Position numbers and translations under genes: made by a program. From a virus (lineage: Duplodnaviria > Caudoviricetes): 26,669 nucleotides of DNA. The stretch is taken from the IMG/VR virus record IMGVR_UViG_3300007231_000037, positions 1-26,669 of that record; one strand, 5' to 3'. This document shows positions 16,627 through 24,093 of the stretch, piece by piece. Each line of letters begins with the position of its first letter. The stretch's first letter is position 1. The notes under the pieces were generated by a model that did not search any database, had not been told where the DNA came from, and was given only the letters and a program-made list of their open reading frames with translations.

Positions 16627-16791
16627 GTCATACTGCGGAGACTTCATGAACTCTTCCATAAGGTATTCATTCTCAGCAGCTTGTAACAGAGTGTCTCCAT
16701 TACAGATAGTGACTTCAGAAGGATCAACATTGTCCATGATGAACTCTTGGTAAGCGTCAAAGTTCTTGTCGGACATTTCGTATAAACTCAT
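16612..16791 (-). CDS. Small acidic early protein (59 aa)
   Basis: Read manually: MSLYEMSDKNFDAYQEFIMDNVDPSEVTICNGDTLLQAAENEYLMEEFMKSPQYDVTNL. It is the only ORF between two promoter modules. Confidence 0.7.
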   Translation of the reverse strand: MSLYEMSDKNFDAYQEFIMDNVDPSEVTICNGDTLLQAAENEYLMEEFMKSPQYDVTNL

Positions 16792-16824
16792 ATTTTCTTC
16801 TCTTTATTAATCAATTAGGTACGT

Positions 16825-16853
16825 ATTATCTCATGTTTTTAAAAGAAAAGCAA
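16825..16853 (-). promoter_or_regulatory. Early sigma70-type promoter
   Basis: TTGCTT-TTCTTTTAAAAACATGA(17)-GATAAT. Confidence 0.8.
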
Positions 16854-16862
16854 CTGTTATAC

Positions 16863-16888
16863 GCGACCAGTTGCTCCCTTTGGGTCAC
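16863..16888. promoter_or_regulatory. Palindromic box GCGAC-N16-GTCAC (copy 3)
   Basis: GCGAC CAGTTGCTCCCTTTGG GTCAC, 9 bp from the -35. Confidence 0.72.
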
Positions 16889-17253
16889 GCTGAGATGTGT
16901 TGGTAAAAGATCTTTCCAGTCTCTTGCACAGGACTGACCCGTTTGAACCCAGCCCAAGCGACAGCATATGTCACACCATCCATCACCATCTCGTCATTAA
17001 CCATCGAGGATCGTGCACCCAGTTTCTCACCTCGGTACTCAGGATGGGTACCAACGAAGTTTATATCAGGACTGTAGTCCATGTTGCGTTCACCGGAAGG
17101 GAAGATCTCACCCTTAGACCATGAACCTTGGATGTTCTGCGTTCGGAAGTATGCATACTCAAGGGCTTCGTCACCAGTTCTATCGCCAGCATTGATGATG
17201 GCTTCTTTAGTGAACGTGCCTCGTCCTTCATGAAAAAATACTGATACTTTCAT
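16885..17253 (-). CDS. Hypothetical protein (122 aa), weak YodL-like C-terminal motif
   Basis: EALEYAYFRTQN...RSSMVNDEMV..G..Y.V...GF resembles the RS.SVGD....Y.V...GF pattern; GGAGG upstream. Confidence 0.7.
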   Translation of the reverse strand: MKVSVFFHEGRGTFTKEAIINAGDRTGDEALEYAYFRTQNIQGSWSKGEIFPSGERNMDYSPDINFVGTHPEYRGEKLGARSSMVNDEMVMDGVTYAVAWAGFKRVSPVQETGKIFYQHISA

Positions 17254-17489
17254 TACGCAGCCTCCTCTTTCATTCTCTCCATGATGTCACGAACGATCTC
17301 ACGATCCATACTGTCGCCTTCAAAGGGCAGGTCAGGACGTTCGTTCATACGAATGCCAGTAGCAATTAGGATGTCTTTCTCGGTCACACCGAAGTCGTAG
17401 ATGCCACCGGCACCGTAAAAGTCTAGGAGATACTCGACAAAGGTAGTCTGAGTTCTAAGGCGGGCAAGGTCATTAGCAGTTAATTTCAT
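17253..17489 (-). CDS. Small hypothetical early protein (78 aa)
   Basis: FVEYLLDFYG..GIYD...FEGDSMDREIVRD; first gene after the 17525-17553 promoter. Confidence 0.75.
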   Translation of the reverse strand: MKLTANDLARLRTQTTFVEYLLDFYGAGGIYDFGVTEKDILIATGIRMNERPDLPFEGDSMDREIVRDIMERMKEEAA

Positions 17490-17524
17490 AATATTTACTT
17501 TCTCTTCTCATTGAATACAGGAGT

Positions 17525-17553
17525 ATTATCTCATGTTTTGAGAACAAAAGCAA
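17525..17553 (-). promoter_or_regulatory. Early sigma70-type promoter with upstream A-tracts (no palindromic box)
   Basis: TTGCTT-TTGTTCTCAAAACATGA(17)-GATAAT; A7 and A4 tracts upstream resemble an UP element. Confidence 0.8.
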
Positions 17554-17586
17554 GCGGACGGGGATGTTTTTTTAGACCGTTTTGAT

Positions 17587-18264
17587 CTAATAGGGGAACT
17601 GTTTATTACTTTTAAAGTCAGTCAAATAGTCTTCTGGGAATCCTAGATTTAACATGACCTTGAAACTATGGGGGTTTTGTAACTGATTGTGACAGTATTT
17701 CTCACGCGCCAAAAGGAACTCATACTGTTCTGCTGCATACTGAGAGTCTAGATCTGTAAACTCAACCTGTTCTGCCATGGGTAGGACGACCGCTTTGGTG
17801 AACCATCTTTCAAGGTTCTCCATACCGAAGGCAGCTAACTCCTGCATCTCATCTTGATCTCTTATGTTACCCGCAGCAATCATGTTCTCCGAGAAGATTT
17901 CTTTTGCCCATTCAGGGAGTTCACGTTCACGTTTAACTACCTTTCGTTCCATCGTCATATCATTGAATCCAGTAGGAGACAAATCGTGGAAACATCCTGT
18001 TACTTTCTTCTTAGAACAAACCACATCAAACCCGTAGATAGGCATTGGTGTGTTTGACTTGGAATATGCATTGACGTGCATCATCCATATACCGTGTGAC
18101 TCTCTCTTGTCCACAACACTGATATGACCCATATCAAGAACGCGACTGCGCCAGAACCAATTGTAGTGACCGTACTCTTCTCGGTGATCAGTTACAGCAC
18201 TGTCACAGTAGTAGGTAAATATCCCTTCCAGTTCGTGTTGTAGATCAATGAAATCATTCCACAC
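17587..18264 (-). CDS. pcyX: Ferredoxin-dependent bilin reductase, PcyX/PcyA-like
   Basis: IWMMHVNAY...PIYGFDVV...KKVTGCFHDLSP, RELPEWAKEIFSENMIAAG, YCHNQLQNPH; directly downstream of a heme oxygenase. Confidence 0.85.
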   Translation of the reverse strand: MWNDFIDLQHELEGIFTYYCDSAVTDHREEYGHYNWFWRSRVLDMGHISVVDKRESHGIWMMHVNAYSKSNTPMPIYGFDVVCSKKKVTGCFHDLSPTGFNDMTMERKVVKRERELPEWAKEIFSENMIAAGNIRDQDEMQELAAFGMENLERWFTKAVVLPMAEQVEFTDLDSQYAAEQYEFLLAREKYCHNQLQNPHSFKVMLNLGFPEDYLTDFKSNKQFPY

Positions 18265-18766
18265 TTTGTAGTTCCTTTAACATATCACGATGGTATATAA
18301 ATCCTTGGTGGACTTGATCCCAGTCGATTTCTAATTTGCGTATCGAAGCAATCGCCGCTGTCGTATCACTGAAGTGAAACATCCACTCCATGTCGGGGTT
18401 TGCCTCAGAGAGAAGTTGTCCACCCATCAACCATGCCATGTAATTCAGATAGATGTGAGAACTCCACTTCTTCTTATCGTCTTCACAACCAATGATATAG
18501 TTAATATACTTTGAGGTTGCAGTACACATCACGTCACCTGTGATCTGTGCACCCATTGCCTCTACACAATCTTGGATCTTATCACATCGAGGCAAACTCG
18601 GATGGGGAAGACTACGAAAGATGTTACGTTCCATTGCCTGAAAAATAAACCAGTGATTGGTCATATAAGCAATAGACTGTGTATCGGTCAACTCACCCTT
18701 AAATAGGGAAAGGGAGAACGGCATCTTCTCTACTTCGTCGTGCACTTCTTTTATCTTCTCGTTCAT
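18254..18766 (-). CDS. hemO: Heme oxygenase (phage HemO-like), divergent
   Basis: KEVHDEVE.MPF...LFKGEL proximal-His helix; HIYLNYMAWLMGGQLL distal-helix motif; paired with the bilin reductase. Confidence 0.8.
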   Translation of the reverse strand: MNEKIKEVHDEVEKMPFSLSLFKGELTDTQSIAYMTNHWFIFQAMERNIFRSLPHPSLPRCDKIQDCVEAMGAQITGDVMCTATSKYINYIIGCEDDKKKWSSHIYLNYMAWLMGGQLLSEANPDMEWMFHFSDTTAAIASIRKLEIDWDQVHQGFIYHRDMLKELQSVE

Positions 18767-19418
18767 AGTAACTATCTATAGTCTCTTGTAATTTAGGGTA
18801 CCAATCATCGCGATGTTCAACAAAGACTTGTGCGTCTCCCTCGTCTACGGCAATGATGGTGACAAGTTGGGTAATTGGCATTCCCGTACGTTCTTCCCAC
18901 ATGATTGCATATGCAGTCTCTTGTTGGAAGTATTGTTTAATGTGGGACTTACTCTTGGTCTTACGTGAAGTCTTAAAGTCAATGATGGATAGTTTACCAT
19001 CAAACTCTGCAACACAATCCACACGACCTGCGACCTTTAGGTGGTCGGAGTATAGAGGTGCTTCCTGTAGGTAGACTTTACCGATGCGACTATCTAGTAT
19101 GTCCTTAACCTTGAGGAAGTCAGCATGAACATTAGGCATATAACCTTTGGTGTACTGAGGATCGTTGTCGATGTACTTCTCAATCAACTCGTGTACTGCG
19201 GTACCACGTTGGGATGCACGGTACGAGATCTTATTCGCTTCCTCTTCACCCACACGTTTACGCCACATGGCGATACCCTTCTCGGAGAGTATAGACAACA
19301 CTGTAGTGATGGAGGGGTAGTTACCACCCTGTGGTAGGACATAACGTCTACCATCTTCAGTCTGTGTTGTTTCAAGGTCTTTGTAACCTAGGTCTGTATC
19401 AATATGTTCAAACATCAT
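18699..19418 (-). CDS. PD-(D/E)XK (Cas4-like/RecB-type) phage exonuclease
   Basis: YPSITTVLS, WRKRVGEEEAN, RGTAVH, AGRVDCVAEFDGKLSIIDFKTS, YFQQETAYA. Confidence 0.9.
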   Translation of the reverse strand: MMFEHIDTDLGYKDLETTQTEDGRRYVLPQGGNYPSITTVLSILSEKGIAMWRKRVGEEEANKISYRASQRGTAVHELIEKYIDNDPQYTKGYMPNVHADFLKVKDILDSRIGKVYLQEAPLYSDHLKVAGRVDCVAEFDGKLSIIDFKTSRKTKSKSHIKQYFQQETAYAIMWEERTGMPITQLVTIIAVDEGDAQVFVEHRDDWYPKLQETIDSYYEREDKRSARRSREDAVLPFPI

Positions 19419-19444
19419 TCATTACTCTTTTTAGTTCAGGGTGT

Positions 19445-19473
19445 AGTATAACACGAACAAGTGCATTTGTAAA
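19445..19473 (-). promoter_or_regulatory. Early sigma70-type promoter for nuclease-hemO-pcyX
   Basis: TTTACA-17 bp-TATACT with extended TG. Confidence 0.78.
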
Positions 19474-19482
19474 GCACTATGT

Positions 19483-19508
19483 GTGACCCGATTAAGCAAA
19501 GAAGTCAT
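19483..19508. promoter_or_regulatory. Palindromic box GTGAC-N16-GTCAT (copy 4)
   Basis: GTGAC CCGATTAAGCAAAGAA GTCAT, 9 bp from the -35; overlaps the end of the FkbM gene. Confidence 0.7.
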
Positions 19509-20163
19509 CATCGGCAATGGTGGCTATTCTTCGGTATCCAAACTGAGAGAGCCACTTTTGTTGTTCACCACATCCAGTCTTTGCGGCACGTTCAATCATT
19601 ATCAGGGGTTTACAACGTTCTAATGTCTCTTTCATACCATACAGAGGTTCCATGATGTAACCCTCAGTATCCATCTTAATGAAGTCTACATTGTCAAACG
19701 AGTAGGAATCAATAGTATTCACATCAATCAGAACCTGTTGAGATAGATTAAATCCTTCTCTATTAGGATCATACCATCGTGATTTGATCAATGCCTCGGT
19801 TTGGTGATTCTCTATCACGTTCGAGCCAGGATTTGACGGGTTGACCCATATATTGGCAGAACCACTTCGATCACTAATACCAGTATCGTGTATCTGGATA
19901 TTATCAATGTCCTTTGTGTTGTACTCCAGACACTCGTAAAGCGCAGGGACTGGTTCAAAGGAAACGACATTATCGAACTCTTGGGCGAACTTAATTGCAG
20001 TCCCCCCAACATGACCACCGAAGTCTATTGCAAGTCTTCGATCGGTCGTGTTTTTTAAAATCGTATTCCAGTGAGCACTTTCTCGTGTCATCAGATTTGT
20101 CCAGATGTGAGCAGTTCTCTTCTGGTAATCGGGAAACGCGTACCCTTCTGCGTTGAAGATCAC
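19492..20163 (-). CDS. FkbM-family SAM-dependent methyltransferase
   Basis: AIDFGGHVG, VVSFEP, TIDSYSFDNVDFIKMDTEG, TLERCKPLIMIE; GTG start. Confidence 0.88.
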   Translation of the reverse strand: MIFNAEGYAFPDYQKRTAHIWTNLMTRESAHWNTILKNTTDRRLAIDFGGHVGGTAIKFAQEFDNVVSFEPVPALYECLEYNTKDIDNIQIHDTGISDRSGSANIWVNPSNPGSNVIENHQTEALIKSRWYDPNREGFNLSQQVLIDVNTIDSYSFDNVDFIKMDTEGYIMEPLYGMKETLERCKPLIMIERAAKTGCGEQQKWLSQFGYRRIATIADDDFFA

Positions 20164-20819
20164 TTGGTCATGTCCGATGGATCTGATCGTTCTTGAAGTT
20201 TAGTCATCTTACCTTTGTACACCTCTACTCTAACGTTATCCAGTTTAGGGATCTTCATGTGATCGTGGTTGTGGTGTAGAACGAACTGGGTGTTGGGGAA
20301 CTCTTTAAACAGGTTAACCCACACCGGTCTCCAGTTGCCCAGTAGACGATAGTTGTTGCTGTCACTACGGTCACTCGCAAGCATCAGATCTGTATAACTT
20401 CTCATGTTAAAGTCGAAGATAGTATCAAACCCATACATGTTGATTTCATCCATCTTGTGTTTCTTTGCTGCGTAGTGTACTGCCATATGTCCACAGTTGA
20501 AGTTAGTTGCATTACCTGCATACTTCGGCACATCGGTGTAGAAGTCTTTGATCTTATGTGCATACTTCAGATAGAACTGACTTCTCTCGTACATCCAGAT
20601 ACGGGGACGAGTTCCAAGTATCCACTCGTATTGATCTAGTGCGAGTTCACCCTTAGTTAACGCCATCATCATCTTAAAGTCAACCATGCAGGTTGCATAG
20701 ACTTCCTTGGTGTCAATCTCAAAGGGAGGCATATTACAGAGGAGTTTCATCCCCTTTCTGGGTTTCTCATTGTAGTAATGTGCCTTATCTCCATTACCAA
20801 TTACATGACAGATTTTCAT
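20160..20819 (-). CDS. Hypothetical protein, possible Maf/MptE/sialyltransferase-like nucleotide-sugar fold
   Basis: HVIGNG...CN...VD...NCGHMAVHYA...EINMYGFD follows the IIGNGPS...SG..A...A....I.L.GFD pattern. Confidence 0.5.
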   Translation of the reverse strand: MKICHVIGNGDKAHYYNEKPRKGMKLLCNMPPFEIDTKEVYATCMVDFKMMMALTKGELALDQYEWILGTRPRIWMYERSQFYLKYAHKIKDFYTDVPKYAGNATNFNCGHMAVHYAAKKHKMDEINMYGFDTIFDFNMRSYTDLMLASDRSDSNNYRLLGNWRPVWVNLFKEFPNTQFVLHHNHDHMKIPKLDNVRVEVYKGKMTKLQERSDPSDMTK

Positions 20820-21487
20820 TTCCAGTATTCCTCAATCCAACCTTGGGGTTCATATGTTTTCATCGGAGTAGTAACCGATTCATTCTGTGCTTGTATCACA
20901 CTAGGTCTTCCATGAAAGCAGATGATTGATGTGTCGTCTAACTTGTCAGGATATACCTCATACTTATACGACTTTAGTTTGTTCGGATACAGATGTTGCA
21001 ATAGGTCACGTTTCCGTATAACAGAGTTCAACCACTCCCCGTCACCTCTAAACTTGGACAGGGTCTCCTCTCTGGTAAAGAAGAACTCTGCATTGATCCA
21101 ATCCATTGCAGCACCTCTCCATGCCATTACACCGGACTGCATTACACCCTTGAGGTGTTGTTGGTGGGTATTCGCAACTCCTAGGTCTTCGATCGCCATG
21201 AAAGTACCATTATAATCCATCAACCAATCAAGTGATGAGGTAATGACAGTATCCAGATCAAGGTAGACTATGCGACCAGAGATCTCACCATCAAACAATT
21301 GAATCTTATTCCACCACCCAGACAAACCCGGTTTCAGGATCTTAGTCTCTACACCTTCAATCTTACGATCAGATAGACATACAAACTTATGTTTACGGGT
21401 AGTGTTTCTCTCTACCGCACGTTTAAGTTTATGTACATACTCTTCGGAGAACTTGTCACCCCACATCACACAACATACTGTAATCAT
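20816..21487 (-). CDS. GT-A glycosyltransferase
   Basis: VMWGDKFSEEYV..L, WWNKIQLF, YLDLD (DxD), QSGVMAW, GDGEW, CFHGRP. Confidence 0.8.
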   Translation of the reverse strand: MITVCCVMWGDKFSEEYVHKLKRAVERNTTRKHKFVCLSDRKIEGVETKILKPGLSGWWNKIQLFDGEISGRIVYLDLDTVITSSLDWLMDYNGTFMAIEDLGVANTHQQHLKGVMQSGVMAWRGAAMDWINAEFFFTREETLSKFRGDGEWLNSVIRKRDLLQHLYPNKLKSYKYEVYPDKLDDTSIICFHGRPSVIQAQNESVTTPMKTYEPQGWIEEYWK

Positions 21488-22137
21488 AATAATTTGTAAT
21501 CCTTATTGTAACCATGTTTTGCTGAACATCCACCCTCATTCTGGATGGTACTAAAACTATCTTTTGCCTGAACTGGCCATGGATAGTACTCTTCTAACCA
21601 CGGGAAGAAGTCAGTCGTCAGGAATACATCTGTGGGACAGGCATGTGTCTCTGCATGTTGAATCAATGCAGCAGCACCCTTTGGGTTTATTCGGTATGCG
21701 TGTGCGCCAGGAAAGTATCTCTTACTTGTCAGGGGATTCGTACCCAACTTAGTGGGAGTATTAAACTTACCGTAACTAGGTATACCCAGAGAGATACAAC
21801 CTTGGAAGTTAATCATCGGAGGGAGGTTACCCACACAGACCGCATCGTGTTCGAATACCTGTACCTCTTGGTTCAACTTAACACACTTCTTCCATAGAGA
21901 ATAGTGAGAGAGGAATGCTGAGATACATCGATCCCGCCGAGAGATAGACTCGTTCTTGTCCATCATATGAAAGTGACCTACCGAGAGTCCTTCTCTTTCT
22001 GCAATCTTCAGGGGAAGATCATCAGGAGTAATCGCGTCATACATCTGTACATTGTACTCAGGCATTGATGCGATACATCTTTTTGCAGCGGCAACTGACT
22101 CAGGTATCGACTTAATGGTAATCACATAGGACTGCAT
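21484..22137 (-). CDS. Glycosyltransferase family 25-like
   Basis: YDAITP, AFLSHYSLWKKC, VFEHDA, GAHAYRINPKGAAALI, PTDVFL. Confidence 0.85.
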   Translation of the reverse strand: MQSYVITIKSIPESVAAAKRCIASMPEYNVQMYDAITPDDLPLKIAEREGLSVGHFHMMDKNESISRRDRCISAFLSHYSLWKKCVKLNQEVQVFEHDAVCVGNLPPMINFQGCISLGIPSYGKFNTPTKLGTNPLTSKRYFPGAHAYRINPKGAAALIQHAETHACPTDVFLTTDFFPWLEEYYPWPVQAKDSFSTIQNEGGCSAKHGYNKDYKLL

Positions 22138-22883
22138 AACATCATCTCTTTAATAATTCTCATATCACGTTTGTTCACACATCGGGTAATAGTAGAGGAT
22201 CCATCATATACCCTATACTTGATTCTTTTATTCTCCAATAGAACTTGATACCAACCAAACTCTGCTGCAAGTAACTCTTTCTTATTATGTAGGTTGTCCA
22301 CTAATTGGGCATCCCACACATCTGCATGATGGATTATAATACCACCGTCATAGACCATGAAAGTATGACGACTAGGATCATCATGACGGTAGTGGTTAAA
22401 CATCTTCCATTTACCCGGTGTTGTACCGAAGTTCATGAATGACATAACACTATGTTCATTATAACACTTCTTTGCGTAATGTTCAAATGTTTCTGTAGGA
22501 GAAATGATAGAATCGTAACGACCACGGACAATTACATCGTAGTCTTTGCAGTACTTCTTCATCATTAGATTGTGATTGAGGATTTGTTTGGTCTGGTGAA
22601 TATGACGTTCTGTGTTATCGAACTTCAGTTTCTTCTGCCAGTTCCATGTATTACGCATGGTGGGGTTATCATCGTAGGGATGATAGTCGATATCGTACTC
22701 TTCTATGACCTCGACAGTTCCATTCCAACTCTCGATGACTTCTCTTCGGGTTTCCCAGTCTGACTTCCATACCGAAAAGAATAGATCTGCGGTAGGGAAC
22801 GCATCTTTAAGTAAGTCGATGGATAGAGTGAGTGACTCATCAGACAACCGGAGTTGTCCACCAATGATAATTGCAGTCTTCAT
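22122..22883 (-). CDS. Probable glycosyltransferase-like protein
   Basis: KTAIIIGGQLR, DLFFSVW, YDVIVRGRYD, a pattern often seen in glycan-cluster hypotheticals. Confidence 0.55.
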   Translation of the reverse strand: MKTAIIIGGQLRLSDESLTLSIDLLKDAFPTADLFFSVWKSDWETRREVIESWNGTVEVIEEYDIDYHPYDDNPTMRNTWNWQKKLKFDNTERHIHQTKQILNHNLMMKKYCKDYDVIVRGRYDSIISPTETFEHYAKKCYNEHSVMSFMNFGTTPGKWKMFNHYRHDDPSRHTFMVYDGGIIIHHADVWDAQLVDNLHNKKELLAAEFGWYQVLLENKRIKYRVYDGSSTITRCVNKRDMRIIKEMMLCSPM

Positions 22884-23587
22884 GTGGACGTACTAGATGT
22901 GATCCCTTGTACTGCCGTGCAGTAGTTTTGTAAACACCCGAGTCTACGGGGTATCAGTTGTCGACACATCAATGCGTCATTTGGCCATGCACCAAACTCT
23001 TTGACCAACTTCATCATCGTACGGGCAAGATGAGGAGAAATATAGTATGCAGAATGTCCCGGCAATCCCTGCGGTATGTCATCTTCATCTATGACAGCGA
23101 CAGGACAAACGGGAGATTCTCCTTTCTGTAACAGAGTATGGTACTGTTGTGCACGTCGAGTCGCACCCCTAGGATCATTCAAGGAGATGACACCAAATCT
23201 CGAATCCTTCAACACCTTTAGATCTACCTTCCTAGTAAAGATCGCATCGTGTTCAAGAATAATAAGAGGTCTGTTCTCAATCGCAGAGAGTTTCCACAGG
23301 TTGTAATGTGAGAGGAAACACGCCATACGTTTCTTTCTATCCACAGTAGTATAGGGATGTTTGGTCAGACCGCTCTTCATACAACGTGTCGTCTTATCCC
23401 ATGGATAGTTCCATCCTAGATCATTGAGAATCATTTCCCGATCAACTTGATTGGGGGTGATGGCATCAAACGTTTCCACAACAAACTCATTCCCAACCTC
23501 AACATTAGACATAACGAGTTTGGTTGCAGCATCAGTCGATGTTTTATTCTCGGTTAGGGTTATTACAAATGCTTTTACTTCGCCCAT
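22880..23587 (-). CDS. Glycosyltransferase family 25-like
   Basis: FDAITP, ACFLSHYNLWK, IILEHDA, GHSAYYISP..A, PNDALM. Confidence 0.85.
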   Translation of the reverse strand: MGEVKAFVITLTENKTSTDAATKLVMSNVEVGNEFVVETFDAITPNQVDREMILNDLGWNYPWDKTTRCMKSGLTKHPYTTVDRKKRMACFLSHYNLWKLSAIENRPLIILEHDAIFTRKVDLKVLKDSRFGVISLNDPRGATRRAQQYHTLLQKGESPVCPVAVIDEDDIPQGLPGHSAYYISPHLARTMMKLVKEFGAWPNDALMCRQLIPRRLGCLQNYCTAVQGITSSTST

Positions 23588-24093
23588 GTTTTGTCCCTTG
23601 CATTAGACACAGGAAAACTGTATCCTTTTTGAGGTAGTCCCAAGAAGTCCACCATCTTTTCGGGAGTATCTCCACTTGTAATACTCATCTCAAAGAAGTT
23701 CTTGGAATCTTTAAAGTACTCTCGCACATCGTCATTATGTCGTTTATATGCATCATGGTACTTTTCACGATCAAACTGAGGTGCACCATAAACCTGTGCA
23801 CGAAGATCAGTAACTTGATTGTGATAATTTCTATCCTTCTTACGTTCGAAGTAAGGTTCTACAGCATCAATCCAGTTCTCTCTAGTTAGATGTACAAACT
23901 TAGAGTCGGGTCGCATTTTATGCAACTCCTTGTAGTAAGGTAACACCGGAATATCAGATGAACCATCACCAACACCCATCATCATCGGAGTGTACATCTG
24001 ATAGTGAACAATGAGCAGTCCATAGTTCTTTAGGAAGTCTGAAAATGTGGTAGTCCCAGTTCGGGACATACCTAGACAATATATTTTACTCAT
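23575..24093 (-). CDS. Sulfotransferase-family (P-loop, PAPS-binding) protein
   Basis: KIYCLGMSRTGTTT 5'-PSB loop, SDIP, PDSKFVHLTR..W, HNDDVREYF, FLG, FPVSN. Confidence 0.78.
   Translation of the reverse strand: MSKIYCLGMSRTGTTTFSDFLKNYGLLIVHYQMYTPMMMGVGDGSSDIPVLPYYKELHKMRPDSKFVHLTRENWIDAVEPYFERKKDRNYHNQVTDLRAQVYGAPQFDREKYHDAYKRHNDDVREYFKDSKNFFEMSITSGDTPEKMVDFLGLPQKGYSFPVSNARDKTWAK

Noticed and set aside
15537-17553. Repeated intergenic motif as CRISPR array or integron attC sites
   Set aside because: Spacing is irregular (hundreds of bp of ORFs), the repeats parse as -35/-10 promoters, and there are no RYYYAAC/GTTRRRY attC ends or integrase in the window.
18699-19418. Cas4-like nuclease as part of a CRISPR system
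   Set aside because: No repeat-spacer array, no other cas genes and no Fe-S cysteine set; this is a common T4-like exonuclease.
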